Origin: Octopus bimaculoides
Lineage: Eukaryota
Assembly (NCBI RefSeq): GCF_001194135.2
Contig: NC_068985.1
Coordinates: forward strand, 83,835,058-83,899,057
Direction of reading: 5' to 3'
Length of the DNA stretch: 64,000 nucleotides
Both the position numbers and the translations under genes were made by a program. Under the pieces are notes generated by a model. That model saw only the letters and a list, made by a program, of their open reading frames with translations. It had not been told where the DNA came from and did no database searches. Shown here one piece after another: positions 62,855 through 64,000 of the stretch (the first letter of the stretch is position 1; the number at the start of each line of letters is the position of its first letter).

Positions 62855-62868
62855 CATATATATATATG
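62541..62868 (-). mobile_element. SINE body and (ATG)n tail, head missing
   Basis: Reverse complement of the 60560-60745 tail, with a long (CA)n. Confidence 0.75.
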
Positions 62869-62967
62869 GTTATCAATTTGTGTTGCAAGATTCCTGATGT
62901 GAAATCGTGTGTTGAAACCGATATTGTTGTATTTCGAGATGGTCATTTATTTTTTCACCTGTATGCT

Positions 62968-63200
62968 TTTCTAAGAGAGCATACAGGTGAACATTGGCAA
63001 GAGCTCAAAGAAGGGAAAAGCTCATCAGTGCTCCACCAACATGCTCAGGCAGAACATGGAGGCTCGATTAATAGCATAGAAGTTAAGGTATTATCGACAC
63101 ATAGAACTGACACGACACTCAGACAGATCACAGAGGCTACACACACATAGCAGTAGACAGATCAAGCCTCAATAGAAAACACAAATGGAACAGTAACACC
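62968..63200 (+). pseudogene. Penelope-like element GIY-YIG endonuclease C-terminal remnant
   Basis: LREHTGEHWQELKEGKSSSVLHQHAQAEHGG...EVKVLSTHRTDTTLRQITEATH, then after a frameshift IAVDRSSLNRKHKWN: the R..EH / S.L..H...H / R.I.EA..I / LNR pattern of PLE endonucleases. Confidence 0.75.
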
Positions 63201-63875
63201 CACCACCACACCACATCACATGACTAAAGACAGAAGGGATGAGAAGAGAGGAAACAAATAAACAAAGAAGAATGTAAATATTACACAGAACCATACAGGG
63301 TAATATACACACAATAGACATATACACTTACCTGTGGTACTTATCAGAAATAGAGATATATGTATAGAAAAATAGATATATAAATAGATAAATAAACATA
63401 TATCACATACTTGGGATAAATATAAGATAAAGAGGTAGATAAAATAAATGAATAAATTTAGGTAAAGGACATGGATACATACAATATACGAAGCAGCGAA
63501 CCCATACACACAAACAAGAAATTTCACAGATGGTCACAACAGTGTCAACAATACGATTAATAATGGCATCAGCAGTGGCGGTGACAAGAATGGCAATAAT
63601 AACAACAAATACCACGATGGCAACACCATGGGTGAGCATACATACACAGAGGAATACAGGAATTGTACCATATTTTCAGGTCTTAGGACAGCAACAACAC
63701 AATGGGGTGAGAGGATGGGGTTACTGAGGGGAAGGCCATACCATTGCTAAGAGCCATGACACACACGCACATACACACACGTGCACTCACACACATATAT
63801 ACACATGTACACAAACAAATAAGGACACAAATGCATGTGCACATAAGGATACACACCTTAGAAGAAGAGACTGAA

Positions 63876-63930
63876 AAGTGTCACTGAAGAGGTCACAGAT
63901 ATGTGATAGAAGATTTCCGGACAATAGACA
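63876..63930 (+). ncRNA. degenerate hammerhead-ribozyme-like motif (candidate)
   Basis: CTGAAGA (63884-90), hairpin GTCACA-GATA-TGTGAT, then AGAAGA where CGAAA is expected; lies ~700 bp downstream of a PLE remnant. Confidence 0.35.
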
Positions 63931-64000
63931 CGTCACGTTAAAATAATAAAATAAGAACAGTAATAAATGAGTGAGGAAAGAATATAGTACGTGTGTTTAT

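Noticed and set aside
62890-62935. Second hammerhead-like motif (CTGATGT...GAAAC)
   Set aside because: Core position 9 is wrong, stem II is weak and no stem I partner was found.

Overview
AT-rich, gap-containing eukaryotic genomic DNA with no host protein-coding exon that I can recognise, so it is intergenic or inside a very large intron. The repeat content (several tRNA-derived SINE families, dense (TA)n/(AAT)n/(CA)n microsatellites) looks like a coleoid cephalopod, probably Octopus; this is an inference from the repeats only. Every ORF with recognisable protein motifs is a transposon relic: a full-length frameshifted Tc1 (DD34E), a maT-type DD37D deletion derivative, a mariner deletion derivative, a Helitron with an N-terminal RepHel fragment, a hAT C-terminus, the 3' end of a Dong/R4-type retrotransposon in a (TAA)n tract, and a Penelope-like GIY-YIG C-terminus. 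Non-coding mobile DNA includes piggyBac-type, mariner-type and hAT-type MITEs, a solo LTR and dozens of modular SINE copies (families labelled A-F here for convenience). The most unusual items are: (i) a young TIR element with an 8-bp TSD built around head-to-head telomeric repeats and 70-bp inner inverted arms; (ii) an 18S rRNA 5'-end fragment joined to a SINE-type tail; (iii) a degenerate hammerhead-ribozyme-like motif downstream of the Penelope-like remnant; (iv) same-strand SINE arrays strung on (AAT)n tracts. I found no evidence for a new multi-gene system. Family names assigned from recalled consensus motifs need database confirmation, and SINE boundaries are approximate.
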